Shown here piece by piece: positions 1-9,202 of a DNA stretch of 57,633 nucleotides. Origin of the DNA: an uncultured Bifidobacterium sp. (lineage in GTDB: Bacteria; Actinomycetota; Thermoleophilia; Miltoncostaeales; Miltoncostaeaceae). The stretch lies in assembly GCA_964514615.1 (NCBI GenBank), contig CAZEUE010000001.1:1-57633 (forward strand), read 5' to 3'. Numbering within the stretch: position 1 is the first letter of the stretch; each line of letters starts with the position of its first letter. A program made the position numbers and the translations under genes. Below the pieces are notes generated by a model. It ran no database searches. It saw only the letters and a program-made list of their open reading frames with translations, and had not been told where the DNA came from.

Positions 1-1
1 C

Positions 2-382
2 ACCGGTACGCTCCCGCCCGCGCTCGGGGAGGCCTATGCGGTGTGCCTCGAGGCCCAGCGGGCGGCCCTGGCGGCGTGCCGGGCCGGGGTCCACACGCGG
101 GACCTCGACTCCACGGCACGCGGGATCATCGCCGACGCGGGCCTGGGGGAGCACTTCGGGCACGGCCTCGGGCATGGAGTGGGGCTCGACATCCATGAGC
201 GGCCGTGGCTCCGCCAGGAGGGCGGGGAGGTGCTGCGAACCGGCATGGTTGTGACCATCGAGCCGGGGATCTACCTGGAGGGAGTGGGCGGAGTGCGCAT
301 CGAGGACCTGGCCATCGTCACCGACGACGGCTGCGAGGTGCTTACCCGCCTGCCCACCGACCTGACCATCACCACCACCTAG
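2..382 (+). CDS. pepP: Xaa-Pro aminopeptidase (M24B family), C-terminal fragment; the 5' end lies outside the window
   Basis: The frame is open from the window start. It carries the motifs HGLGHGVGLDIHE, GMVVTIEPGIY and GGVRIED, and ends at TAG 380-382. Confidence 0.85.
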   Translation, partial: TGTLPPALGEAYAVCLEAQRAALAACRAGVHTRDLDSTARGIIADAGLGEHFGHGLGHGVGLDIHERPWLRQEGGEVLRTGMVVTIEPGIYLEGVGGVRIEDLAIVTDDGCEVLTRLPTDLTITTT

Positions 383-391
383 GAGCGGGCC

Positions 392-952
392 GTGGGGGCC
401 ATCAGCAGCAACGACCTGAAGAACGGATGGGTGCTCGACATCGATGGCGATCTCGTCAGCGTGGTGTCGTTCCAGCACGTGAAGCCCGGCAAGGGCGGGG
501 CGTTCGTGCGCACCAAGCTCAAGAGCCTGGCCAAGGGCACCGTGGTGGACAAGACCTTCCGCGCGGGCGAGAAGCTCGAGCGCGTCACCACTGAGACCAA
601 GAACATGCAGATGCTCTACGAGGACGGCGACGGCCTGGTGTTCATGGATTCCGAGACCTTCGAGCAGGTCACGGTGCCCCGGACATCGATCGAGTCGGAC
701 GACCTGATCGTCCCGAACTCCGAGGTGCAGGTGCTGTTCGTGCGCGAGGCCCCGTTCCGCGCCGAGCCGCCCGCGTCGGTGGAACTGCAGGTGGCGCAGA
801 CCGATCCGGGGGTGAAGGGTGACACGGTGTCGAACGTGACCAAGCCCGCCACCCTGGAGACCGGCGCGGTGGTGAACGTGCCGCTGTTCGTGAACGAGGG
901 CGACCGCATCAAGGTGGACACCCGCACCCGGGAGTACGTGAGCCGAGCATGA
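392..952 (+). CDS. efp: Elongation factor P
   Basis: GTG 392 lies 6 nt after AGGAG (381-385). The 186-aa product has the [14 protein letters not shown] loop and typical EF-P length. Confidence 0.95.
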   Translation: MGAISSNDLKNGWVLDIDGDLVSVVSFQHVKPGKGGAFVRTKLKSLAKGTVVDKTFRAGEKLERVTTETKNMQMLYEDGDGLVFMDSETFEQVTVPRTSIESDDLIVPNSEVQVLFVREAPFRAEPPASVELQVAQTDPGVKGDTVSNVTKPATLETGAVVNVPLFVNEGDRIKVDTRTREYVSRA

Positions 953-2694
953 GCACCATCCCCGCCGAGACCGCCATCGGGCTGGTCGACGTCACCCTGC
1001 GCGACCTTGGCACCCCGCCATGGGGGTCGCGCATCGCTCCCGACGACCTGGGCGCCGCCGCCGCGGCCCTTGCCCCGGTGGGCGCGCGGGTGATCGAGGC
1101 CATGGACCCCTCGGCCGCGCGCGCCTGCATGGACGGTCGCACGGAGAGCCCGCTCGATCGCCTGCGGGTGGTTGCGCGTCATGCCGCGGCCGCGCGCCTG
1201 GGCCTGGTGGTGACGGGCCGTACCCTGCTGGGCGACGTGCCCGTGGGCGCCGGGGTCGCCGAGAGGCTCATGGCCTCCGCGGCCGTGAGCGGGGCTGCCC
1301 GGGTGCGCGCCTACGACCCGCTGAATGACCCGGACGCCCTGCGCGGCGTGGCCGAGGGCGCCCGCGCTGCCGGGATGGACTTCGTGCCCACGCTCATGCT
1401 GGGGCCGGTCCCCGATGCCGCGGACGCGCGCTGGGTGGACGAGGCCCTGGCGCTGGCGCAGTTGCCGGGGGCGTCGTCGCTGTGCATCTCGGATCTCGGC
1501 GGCAACCTCACGCCCGTGGCCATGGGGCTTCTGGTCGGCAATGTGGTGGAGGCGTGCGCGATCCCCGTGGAGGTGTCGCTGCGGGCGACGGGTGGCCTTG
1601 CGTCGATGTCGGCGCTCAGCGCCGCCCTGGCCGGCGCCCACGCAATCCATGCGTCGGTGGGCGCGGCGGCGCTGGTGGCCGGGCGCCCGTCCGCCGAGGC
1701 CCTGTACGTGGCGCTGCACGGCGGCGACCGCGAGTTCGACGTCGACGTGCCGGCGCTGGAGGAGGCCGGACGGGTGATCTGGCCGCTGGTGGCCCAGGAG
1801 CGCGTGCGTCGCGCGGCCGAGCTGGCCGGTGGCCCGCAGCTGCAGCTGCCGCCCGACCTGGCCGCGGGACTCCTGGCGCGCCTGGCCCGCCAGGGCCTTG
1901 CGGGGCGGGCGCACGAGGCCGCCGACGAGTGCGCCGCGGTCTGCGCCGACCTGGGCGGGCTCACGTTCGCGCCGCCGGTGGGCGAGGAGATCGTGGCCCA
2001 GGCCGCCCAGCACCTGCTGGACGGCGTGCGGTGGAGGGAGACCACCCCTGCACTCGCCGATGTGGCGCTGGGCGCCCGCGGCCGCCTCCGCGGCGCGGTG
2101 TCCGACGATGCCCTGGCGGTGTCGCGCGGTGCCGGCGGCACGGGCGAGGCACCAGACCTGGCCGCCGTGCTGGCCGCGGCGCCCGCCGACGTGTCGGAGG
2201 AGGACGCGGTGGTGCTGGCCCAGTTCCCCGAGTCGGGGCGCAGGCTGGTGGACCGCCGCCGGTCGCTGGCCGCGGAGGAGGCCGGCGAGGAGGGCATGGC
2301 AATCGACCGGGGCCTCATCGAGACCCTCGTGCAGGTGGTGGAGGGGGCCGGCCAGTCGGAGGTGAGCGTGGAGATCGGCGGGGCGCGCGTGACGGTGCGT
2401 CCGGCGGTGGCGGCCACGGCGCCCCTGGGCGGGGCCCCGGCCGCCGGTGCCGATGACGGCGTCACGGTGGAGAGCCCCATGGTGGGCACCTTCTACGCCG
2501 CGCCGAACCCCGACGCCGATCCCTTCGTGAAGGTCGGTGACCGCGTGGTGCAGGGCCAGGTGCTGTGCATCATCGAAGCCATGAAGATCTTCAACGAGAT
2601 CACCGCCGAGCGGGCGGGCACGATCACGGAGATCGCGGTGGGCAACGCCGAGCCCGTGGAGTTCGGCCAGACGCTGTTCGTGCTGGCGCCGTGA
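949..2694 (+). CDS. accB: AccB-type biotin carboxyl carrier domain fused to an N-terminal OadA/PycB/5S-like carboxyltransferase region with apparently substituted active-site residues
   Basis: ATG 949 overlaps the efp stop (ATGA). The C-terminus [43 protein letters not shown]...EFGQTLFVL is an AccB signature. Residues about 10-450 are colinear with the OadA alpha carboxyltransferase ([44 protein letters not shown]-like [17 protein letters not shown]). Confidence 0.8.
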   Translation: MSTIPAETAIGLVDVTLRDLGTPPWGSRIAPDDLGAAAAALAPVGARVIEAMDPSAARACMDGRTESPLDRLRVVARHAAAARLGLVVTGRTLLGDVPVGAGVAERLMASAAVSGAARVRAYDPLNDPDALRGVAEGARAAGMDFVPTLMLGPVPDAADARWVDEALALAQLPGASSLCISDLGGNLTPVAMGLLVGNVVEACAIPVEVSLRATGGLASMSALSAALAGAHAIHASVGAAALVAGRPSAEALYVALHGGDREFDVDVPALEEAGRVIWPLVAQERVRRAAELAGGPQLQLPPDLAAGLLARLARQGLAGRAHEAADECAAVCADLGGLTFAPPVGEEIVAQAAQHLLDGVRWRETTPALADVALGARGRLRGAVSDDALAVSRGAGGTGEAPDLAAVLAAAPADVSEEDAVVLAQFPESGRRLVDRRRSLAAEEAGEEGMAIDRGLIETLVQVVEGAGQSEVSVEIGGARVTVRPAVAATAPLGGAPAAGADDGVTVESPMVGTFYAAPNPDADPFVKVGDRVVQGQVLCIIEAMKIFNEITAERAGTITEIAVGNAEPVEFGQTLFVLAP

Positions 2695-4055
2695 AGCTGC
2701 TCGTGGCCAACCGCGGCGAGATCGCCGTGCGCGTCATCCGCACCGCCCGCGAGCTGGGAATCCCCACCGTGGCCGTGTACTCCACCGCCGATGCCCAGAC
2801 CCCCGCGGTCGAGATGGCCGACGAGGCCGTATGCATCGGCCCCCCGCCGGCCCGCGAGTCGTACCTGGACATGCGCAACGTGATCGGCGCGGCCGAGGTG
2901 ACCGGGTGCGATGCCGTGCACCCGGGCTACGGGTTCCTGTCGGAGAACCCCGAGTTCGCCACCGAGTGCGCGCGCAACGGGATCAGGTTCGTGGGCCCCG
3001 ATCCCGGCGTGATGCGCCGGATGGGCGACAAGATCCAGGCCAAGGAGGCCGCCATCGAGGCCGGCCTGCCGGTGCTCGGCGGCTCGGAGGGAGGCGTCAC
3101 CGACGTCGCCGCGGCCCTGGCGTCGGCCGAGGAGGCCGGCTACCCCATCCTCCTCAAGGCATCCGCCGGCGGCGGCGGCCGCGGCATGCGGCGGGTGGAC
3201 AGCGCCGACGAGCTCGCGCGCGCGTTCGAGAGCGCGTCGCAGGAGGCCCTGGCGGCGTTCGGCGACGGCTCGATGTACGTCGAGAAGCTGCTCGAGGGCG
3301 CGCGCCATGTGGAGGTGCAGGTACTGGCCGACGGGCTGGGCGGCGTGCTGATCGTGGGCGACCGCGAGTGCTCGATCCAGCGCCGTCACCAGAAGGTGGT
3401 GGAGGAGGGCCCCGCGCCGAACCTGCTCGACTCCACCCGCGAGGGGCTGCATGCGGCCGCCGAGCGCGCCTGCCGTGCGTGGGGCTACAAGTCGGCCGGC
3501 ACCCTGGAGTTCCTCGTGGACGCCACGGGCGATTTCTACTTCCTCGAGCTGAACGCCCGGCTCCAGGTGGAGCACCCGGTCACGGAGCTCGTGAGCGGCA
3601 TGGACATCGTGGCCGAGCAACTGCGCATCGCCGACGGCCAGGTGCTCTCGCGCACCGGGCGAATCGAGGCCAACGGCCACGCCATCGAGTGCCGTGTCAA
3701 CGCCGAGGACCCGGCGTTCGACTTCCGCCCGGCAGCCGGGCGACTCGGGCTGTTCCAGCTGGCCGCGGGTCCCGGCGTGCGCGTGGACACCTTCTGCCGC
3801 ACCGGCGGCTACGTGCCCCCGTACTACGACTCGCTCATCGCCAAGCTGTGCGTGTGGGCCCCCGATCGTCCCCGTGCCGTCGCCCGCATGCGGCGCGCCC
3901 TGGGCGAAAGCGTGGTGGAGGGCGTTCCCACCACGTTGCCGTTGCTCGAGGAGATCTCGCGCGAGGAGGTCTTCGTGTCGGGGCGCTACACCACCTCGTA
4001 CCTGGTGGAGCGCGCGGAGTTCCTGCCGTCGCTGGGCGGCGGCGGGGGTCGGTGA
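2691..4055 (+). CDS. accC: Biotin carboxylase (acetyl-CoA carboxylase subunit)
   Basis: GTG 2691 overlaps the upstream stop (GTGA). The N-terminus is [23 protein letters not shown], with an ATP-grasp GGGGRGMR motif and [14 protein letters not shown]. The ORF-track start at 2565 would overlap the BCCP domain. Confidence 0.93.
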   Translation: MKLLVANRGEIAVRVIRTARELGIPTVAVYSTADAQTPAVEMADEAVCIGPPPARESYLDMRNVIGAAEVTGCDAVHPGYGFLSENPEFATECARNGIRFVGPDPGVMRRMGDKIQAKEAAIEAGLPVLGGSEGGVTDVAAALASAEEAGYPILLKASAGGGGRGMRRVDSADELARAFESASQEALAAFGDGSMYVEKLLEGARHVEVQVLADGLGGVLIVGDRECSIQRRHQKVVEEGPAPNLLDSTREGLHAAAERACRAWGYKSAGTLEFLVDATGDFYFLELNARLQVEHPVTELVSGMDIVAEQLRIADGQVLSRTGRIEANGHAIECRVNAEDPAFDFRPAAGRLGLFQLAAGPGVRVDTFCRTGGYVPPYYDSLIAKLCVWAPDRPRAVARMRRALGESVVEGVPTTLPLLEEISREEVFVSGRYTTSYLVERAEFLPSLGGGGGR

Positions 4056-4471
4056 TGACCTCCGCGGTGTCACGCCGGCAGGCGCGCCGGCAGGCGGTGA
4101 TCCTGCTGTACCAGCAGGATGTGACCGGGCTTCCCGTTCCCGAGCTGGTGGAGAACGCCCTTCGTGCCGGTGACCACGCGGACGACCCGTTCACGCGGGA
4201 GGTGGTGGATGGCGTTCAGGCCGACCGCGAGGACCTGGACGCACGCATCAGCGCCGCCGCCACGGGGTGGAGCGCCGATCGCATCGCTCCGCTCGAACGC
4301 AACATCCTCCGGGTGGGGGCATGGGAGATCGCGCACGACCACGTGCCGGTGCCGGTGGCAATCGACGAGGCCGTGGAGATGGCGAAGAAGTGGTGCGGCT
4401 CGGAAGCCCCCGGGTTCGTCAACGGGGTGCTGGGCCGCCTGGCCCGCGACGCATCCGGCGAGGCCGCATGA
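4055..4471 (+). CDS. nusB: Transcription antitermination factor NusB
   Basis: ATG 4055 (or GTG 4052) overlaps the accC stop. The product is about 138 aa with RRQARRQAVILLYQ...ERNILRVGAWEI...AIDEAVEMAKKW...FVNGVLG. Confidence 0.9.
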   Translation: MTSAVSRRQARRQAVILLYQQDVTGLPVPELVENALRAGDHADDPFTREVVDGVQADREDLDARISAAATGWSADRIAPLERNILRVGAWEIAHDHVPVPVAIDEAVEMAKKWCGSEAPGFVNGVLGRLARDASGEAA

Positions 4472-4710
4472 CCGCCCGCGACGAGCTGGAGCGGGCCACC
4501 CAGCGCCTGGAGGAACTCGCGCAGCGCATCTCGGACGCCGCGGACCGGCCCGCCGCCGAGGTGGAGGAGCTCGCGCGCCAGGCGGCCGACCTGTCGGCCG
4601 CCGTGGCCGAGATCATCCCCCGGGCCATCGCCGAGGCAGAGGCGGCGGCGCGCGATGACGACGTGCCGCGCATCGGCGACCCTGCCGTGGAGCCCGCCGA
4701 GCGGGCCTAG
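4468..4710 (+). CDS. Hypothetical small Ala/Glu-rich helical protein (80 aa)
   Basis: ATG 4468 overlaps the nusB stop (ATGA). The product is a predicted coiled-coil-like sequence (ELERATQRLEELAQRISDAA...) and I recognise no family. Confidence 0.45.
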   Translation: MTARDELERATQRLEELAQRISDAADRPAAEVEELARQAADLSAAVAEIIPRAIAEAEAAARDDDVPRIGDPAVEPAERA

Positions 4711-5489
4711 GCTCCCCCGCGGTGCGTCTCGGCGCGTCGGATGCCCTCCTGCATCGCCGCATCTGCCGCCTCCAGGCGCACGCCGGGAGGCAGTTCCACG
4801 TGCACCTCGTCCGCGGCATCGAGCCATGCGGTCCCGGAGGCCAGGTTGGCCACCAGCACGTGGCCGCCGGTCGACCCATCACGCGCGGCGGCGTGCAGGT
4901 GCCATCCCGGCACCTCGAGCCCCGCGGCCCGGGCCGGGAAGCGAAAGCCCACGAGCACGGCCTCGATGGTGCCGGCCTCCCACTCCTCCTGCATGCGCAC
5001 CACCTGGTCGAGTGGCGGGTAGGGGGGCTCCTGCCGCGGCACGCTGCGCAGGCGCAAGCGGCGGAATGCGCCCTCCAGGCGCACGGCGGAAACCGCGGAC
5101 GGCGCCAGCGAGTCGAGGCGAGCGAGGAGTTCGTGGTGATCGAGCGCGCCGAGCACGTGGGGAGGCCCGGGCGCGAAGGGGGTGACCACGGCGAAGGGCG
5201 TGGCGGTGGCGTGGTCGACGGGGGAGAGCGTGCGGTCCACCCGGGCCACCCGGGCCATGCCGTCGACGATCACCAGCTCGCCGTCGAGGCCGGCCAGCGT
5301 GCCAAGCCCCAGGTCGCCGTGCGCCAGCACCTCGCCCACCGTCAGGTCGCCGTCATACCGGCCGTCCATGAGCGCGGCGATGGTGGACGACTGGAAAACG
5401 TGATGCGGCGCGGGGGCATCGCGCGCTGCGCCCGCACGGTCCTCGGACAACAGGTGGAGCGCGCGCACCAAGTCGGGGTCAATCGCCAT
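4707..5489 (-). CDS. budA: Alpha-acetolactate decarboxylase
   Basis: The motif HVFQSSTIAALMDGRYDGDLTVGEVLAHGDLGLGTLAGLDGELVIVDG is typical of AlsD/BudA. I chose the start at ATG 5489 (alternative 5510). The longer ORF-track N-terminus runs antisense into dxs. Confidence 0.85.
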   Translation of the reverse strand: MAIDPDLVRALHLLSEDRAGAARDAPAPHHVFQSSTIAALMDGRYDGDLTVGEVLAHGDLGLGTLAGLDGELVIVDGMARVARVDRTLSPVDHATATPFAVVTPFAPGPPHVLGALDHHELLARLDSLAPSAVSAVRLEGAFRRLRLRSVPRQEPPYPPLDQVVRMQEEWEAGTIEAVLVGFRFPARAAGLEVPGWHLHAAARDGSTGGHVLVANLASGTAWLDAADEVHVELPPGVRLEAADAAMQEGIRRAETHRGGA

Positions 5490-5535
5490 GCCGGCAGTGT
5501 GCCCGCTCATCGCCGCCCGTGCACCGGGCGGTCGT

Positions 5536-7443
5536 ATGCTTGGCGGCGTGAACGACATCGCATCCGCATATCCGCTGCTGGCCGCGCTCGACGGGCCCGC
5601 CCCGCTGCACGACATGGACGACGCCCAGCTCGAGGCCCTCGCCGCCGAAATGCGGCAGGCCATCATCGACACGGTCTCGCAGACCGGTGGACACCTGGGG
5701 TCGAGCCTGGGCACCGTGGAGCTGACCATCGCCCTGCACTCCGAGCTCGAGAGCCCGCGGGACCGGGTGCTGTGGGATGTCGGCCACCAGGCATACGGCC
5801 ACAAGCTGCTGACGGGCCGCCTGAAGGACTTCCCGACCCTGCGGCAGTACCGGGGGATGTCGGGCTTCCTGCGACGCGAGGAGAGCGAGCACGACGTCAT
5901 GGGCGCCGGGCACGCGAGCACCAGCATCTCCTACGCGGTGGGGCTGGCCGAGGCCATGCGCGTGACCGGTCGCCGCGACCGGCGCATCGTGGCCGTCATC
6001 GGTGACGGCGCGATGACCGGGGGCATGGCCTACGAGGCCATGAACCACGCGGGCGACCTGGGCTCCCCGATCACCGTGGTGCTCAACGACAACGGCATGA
6101 GCATCTCGCAGAACGTGGGGGCCGTGGCCGGGGCACTGCAGAACGCCCGTCTCGATCCCATGCTCACGCGCGTGCGCACCGAGATCGAGAAGGGGCTCGG
6201 GCGCATCCCGGGCATGCACGACCTGGGGAACTCGCTCTCCAACGCCACCAAGGCGCTGTTCGTGCCCGGGCAGTTGTTCGAGGCGCTGGGGTTCGCCTAC
6301 ATGGGGCCGATCGACGGGCACGACATAAAGGCGGTACGGCGCGCCCTGCAGCGCACCGCCGACAGTGACCGGCCGGTGCTCCTGCATGTGCACACCGACA
6401 AGGGCCGCGGGTACGGGCCCGCCGAGGAGGACGGCGAGGCCATGCACGGCTCCGGGCCCTTCGCGGTGGACAGCGGCCGGGCCGCCGCACCCGCGACGCC
6501 GGGGCCGCCCGCCTATACCGAGGTGTTCGGCACGGCGCTCGTGCGCGAGGCCGAGGCGGATCCGCGCGTGGTGGGGATCACGGCCGCCATGCTCAAGGGC
6601 ACCGGGATCAGCCACATGCTCGCGCGCTTTCCCGAGCGCACCTACGACGTGGGCATCGCCGAGCAGCACGGCGTGGTGTTCGCCGGGGGGCTGGCCATCG
6701 CGGGCTACCGCCCGGTGTGCGCCATCTACTCCACGTTCCTGCAGAGGGCGTTCGATCCGATCGTGCACGACATCTCCCTGCAGGGGCTGCCGGTGGTGTT
6801 CGCCATCGATCGCGGCGGGCTGGTGGGCGATGACGGACCCACCCACCATGGCGTGTTCGACATCGCGTACCTGCGTGGCATCCCGGGCATGGTGGTGATG
6901 GCCCCGATGGATGAGGCCGAACTGGTGCACATGCTGCACACCGCCCTGCGGCTGGACGGCCCGTCGGCCTTCCGGTACCCCCGCGGGGCGGGTACCGGCG
7001 TGCCACTGCCGGACCGCCCCGAGGTGCTCGAGGTGGGACGCGGCGTGGTGCTGGAGGAGGGGTCCCAGGTGGCGCTGGTGGGCTACGGGTACGGCGTTCA
7101 GGTGGCGCGCGATGCCGCCGGGATCGTGTCGGAGGAGACCGGCACGCGGCCCACCGTGGTGAACGCCCGGTTCGCCAAGCCCATCGACGCCGCCCTCATG
7201 GAGGAGCTCGCACGCACGCACGACGTGATCGTGACCATCGAGGATCACGTGCTCGAGGGCGGCTTCGGCAGCGCGGTGCTGGAGGTCATCGGGGACGGGC
7301 CGGCTCACGTGGAGCGCGTCGGCATCCCCGACCGCTTCATCCAGCACGGCCGCCGCGACCTGCTGCTGGCGGAGGCGGGGGTCACGCCGTCTGCCGCTGC
7401 CGCCGCGGCGCTGTCGGCGATGGGGGCGCGGGCGGCGCACTGA
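5536..7443 (+). CDS. dxs: 1-deoxy-D-xylulose-5-phosphate synthase
   Basis: The product has GGHLGSSLGTVELTIALH, a DVGHQAYGHKLLTGR thiamine-PP enzyme signature and GDGAMTGGMAYEAMN. The start is ambiguous (ATG 5488, ATG 5536 or GTG 5548). Confidence 0.92.
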   Translation: MLGGVNDIASAYPLLAALDGPAPLHDMDDAQLEALAAEMRQAIIDTVSQTGGHLGSSLGTVELTIALHSELESPRDRVLWDVGHQAYGHKLLTGRLKDFPTLRQYRGMSGFLRREESEHDVMGAGHASTSISYAVGLAEAMRVTGRRDRRIVAVIGDGAMTGGMAYEAMNHAGDLGSPITVVLNDNGMSISQNVGAVAGALQNARLDPMLTRVRTEIEKGLGRIPGMHDLGNSLSNATKALFVPGQLFEALGFAYMGPIDGHDIKAVRRALQRTADSDRPVLLHVHTDKGRGYGPAEEDGEAMHGSGPFAVDSGRAAAPATPGPPAYTEVFGTALVREAEADPRVVGITAAMLKGTGISHMLARFPERTYDVGIAEQHGVVFAGGLAIAGYRPVCAIYSTFLQRAFDPIVHDISLQGLPVVFAIDRGGLVGDDGPTHHGVFDIAYLRGIPGMVVMAPMDEAELVHMLHTALRLDGPSAFRYPRGAGTGVPLPDRPEVLEVGRGVVLEEGSQVALVGYGYGVQVARDAAGIVSEETGTRPTVVNARFAKPIDAALMEELARTHDVIVTIEDHVLEGGFGSAVLEVIGDGPAHVERVGIPDRFIQHGRRDLLLAEAGVTPSAAAAAALSAMGARAAH

Positions 7444-7486
7444 CGCGCGCCCCGCGGGGCAGGCACGCGCCGTGCGCGTGGCATGC

Positions 7487-8299
7487 ATGGCTAGCATCCG
7501 CACCGTGCCTCGGCAGCGACTCGACGCGGCGCTCGTGGAGCGTGGCCTGTTCCCCTCGCGGGCGCGCGCGCAGGCGGCCGTGATGGCGGGGCGCGTGCGG
7601 GTGGACGGACGGTCCGACGTGAAGCCCGGGCTCCAGGTGGCGGCAGGGGCCGACCTGCAGGTGGATGCCGGCCCGGACTTCGCATCGCGCGGGGGACTCA
7701 AGCTGGACCATGCCATCCGGCGGCTGGGCACCCAGGTGCAGGGCGCGCGCGCCATCGACGTGGGGGCGTCCACGGGCGGGTTCACGGACGTGCTCCTGCG
7801 CCGTGGCGCGCGGGACGTGATCGCGGTCGACGTGGGGTACGGCCAGCTGGCCTGGGCGTTGCGCGGCGATGACCGGGTGCATGTGCTCGACCGCACCAAC
7901 GCCCGCGCCCTCGAGCCCGCTCTGCTTCCATGGCAGCCCGACCTTGCGGTGATGGACGTGTCGTTCATCTCGTCGGCCCTGGTGTGGCCTGCGGTGGCGC
8001 GCTGCCTCTCCCCGGCGTACGGTGCCCTCGTGATGGTGAAGCCGCAGTTCGAGGTGGGACGCGACAACGTGGGCTCCGGGGGCGTGGTGCGCGACCCCGC
8101 GCTCCGACGCGACGCCGTGATGCGCGTGGCCCGCGCCATGGAGGCGGCGGGGGCCGTCATCACGGGCGCGGTGGACAGCGGAACGCCCGGGCCCAAGGGC
8201 AACCGCGAGGTGTTCGTGGCCGCCGCCGGGCCCGGGGCCGGTGCGGTGGGCGTGGACGTGGAGGCCGCCGTGGCGGCGGCCGTGGCCGAGGGCGCATGA
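7487..8299 (+). CDS. tlyA: TlyA family rRNA (cytidine-2'-O)-methyltransferase / hemolysin A-like
   Basis: An S4-like N-terminus (RLDAALVERGLFPSRARAQAAVMAGRV) is followed by FtsJ-type IDVGASTGGFTDVLL. GTG 7472 is an alternative start. Confidence 0.88.
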   Translation: MASIRTVPRQRLDAALVERGLFPSRARAQAAVMAGRVRVDGRSDVKPGLQVAAGADLQVDAGPDFASRGGLKLDHAIRRLGTQVQGARAIDVGASTGGFTDVLLRRGARDVIAVDVGYGQLAWALRGDDRVHVLDRTNARALEPALLPWQPDLAVMDVSFISSALVWPAVARCLSPAYGALVMVKPQFEVGRDNVGSGGVVRDPALRRDAVMRVARAMEAAGAVITGAVDSGTPGPKGNREVFVAAAGPGAGAVGVDVEAAVAAAVAEGA

Positions 8300-9183
8300 C
8301 GCCGCACCGGCCCATCACCGAGCAGGCGGGCACCCGCGCGGAGCGCGTGCTCATCCTCACCCACGGCGCCGCGGAGGTGACCGAGGGAGTGATGCCCACC
8401 CTGCTCTCGGTCCTCGACGCGCGGGGCGTGGAGGTGGCCACCACCGATGAGGAGGCCGCCAAGCATCCGGCGCTGGCCGAGCGCTCCGTGATCGCCCCCA
8501 CCGACCTGCGCCCCGGGGGCGCCGACCTGGTGCTGGTGCTCGGCGGCGACGGCAGCATCCTGCGCGCGCTGTCGCGCGAGGCCACCACCGGCGCCCCCGT
8601 GCTGGGGGTCAACTACGGACGCGTGGGGTTCCTGGCCAGCGTGGAGCAGTCCGACCTCGAGCGCGGACTGCGCCGCGCGCTGGAGGGCGAGTACGTGACC
8701 CTGGGCCTGCCGTCGCTCAAGGCCGAGTGGAGCGAGGGCACCCTGCAGGCGGTGAACGACCTGGCCTTCCTGCGCGGCGGCGAGTCGCGGCTGGCCGACC
8801 TGTCGTATTCGGTGGCGGGTGAGCCGGTGGCCACCGTGCGGTGCGACGGGCTCATCTGCTCGACGCCGGTGGGGTCCACGGCCTACAACCTCGCAGCGGG
8901 CGGCCCCACGGTGTCGTGGAGGGTCAAGTGCTTCGTGCTGTCGTTCATCGCCGCCCATCACCTGGACACGCGGCCCCTGGTGCTGGCGGCGGACGAGATC
9001 CTCACGGTCACCAACTCGGCCATCGCGGGCGACTGCGATGTGCTGGCCGACGGCGTGCGCATCGCCACGCTGCCGCCCGGGCGGTCGATCGACGTGGGCC
9101 TGGGCGGCGAGGAGGTCCACCTGGCGATCTTCCCCGAGTCGTCGTTCTTCCGCCGGTACCGGGAGAAGTTCGGGCGCGCATGA
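8296..9183 (+). CDS. nadK: NAD kinase
   Basis: ATG 8296 overlaps the tlyA stop (ATGA). Motifs are LVLVLGGDGSILRA, GVNYGRVGFL and STPVGSTAYNLAAGGP. Confidence 0.92.
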   Translation: MTPHRPITEQAGTRAERVLILTHGAAEVTEGVMPTLLSVLDARGVEVATTDEEAAKHPALAERSVIAPTDLRPGGADLVLVLGGDGSILRALSREATTGAPVLGVNYGRVGFLASVEQSDLERGLRRALEGEYVTLGLPSLKAEWSEGTLQAVNDLAFLRGGESRLADLSYSVAGEPVATVRCDGLICSTPVGSTAYNLAAGGPTVSWRVKCFVLSFIAAHHLDTRPLVLAADEILTVTNSAIAGDCDVLADGVRIATLPPGRSIDVGLGGEEVHLAIFPESSFFRRYREKFGRA

Positions 9184-9202
9184 CCCCCCGGGCGGCGCGC
9201 GC

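Noticed and set aside
616-2013. 465-aa minus-strand ORF and several other long ORFs (1311..2489, 2493..4073, 2831..4471 N-terminal part) across the accB/accC region
   Set aside because: They overlap genes with clear BCCP and biotin carboxylase signatures and encode Arg/Gly/Pro-rich sequences. Only the last 138 codons of 2831..4471 (nusB) are real.
949-4055. Interpretation of the accB-fusion plus accC as an ordinary two-subunit (PycB/PycA) pyruvate carboxylase
   Set aside because: The biotinyl domain has AccB-type rather than OadA/PycB-type flanks, and the locus is the conserved efp-accBC-nusB slot. The carboxyltransferase metal ligands appear substituted. This is kept as an alternative that a proper alignment could revive.
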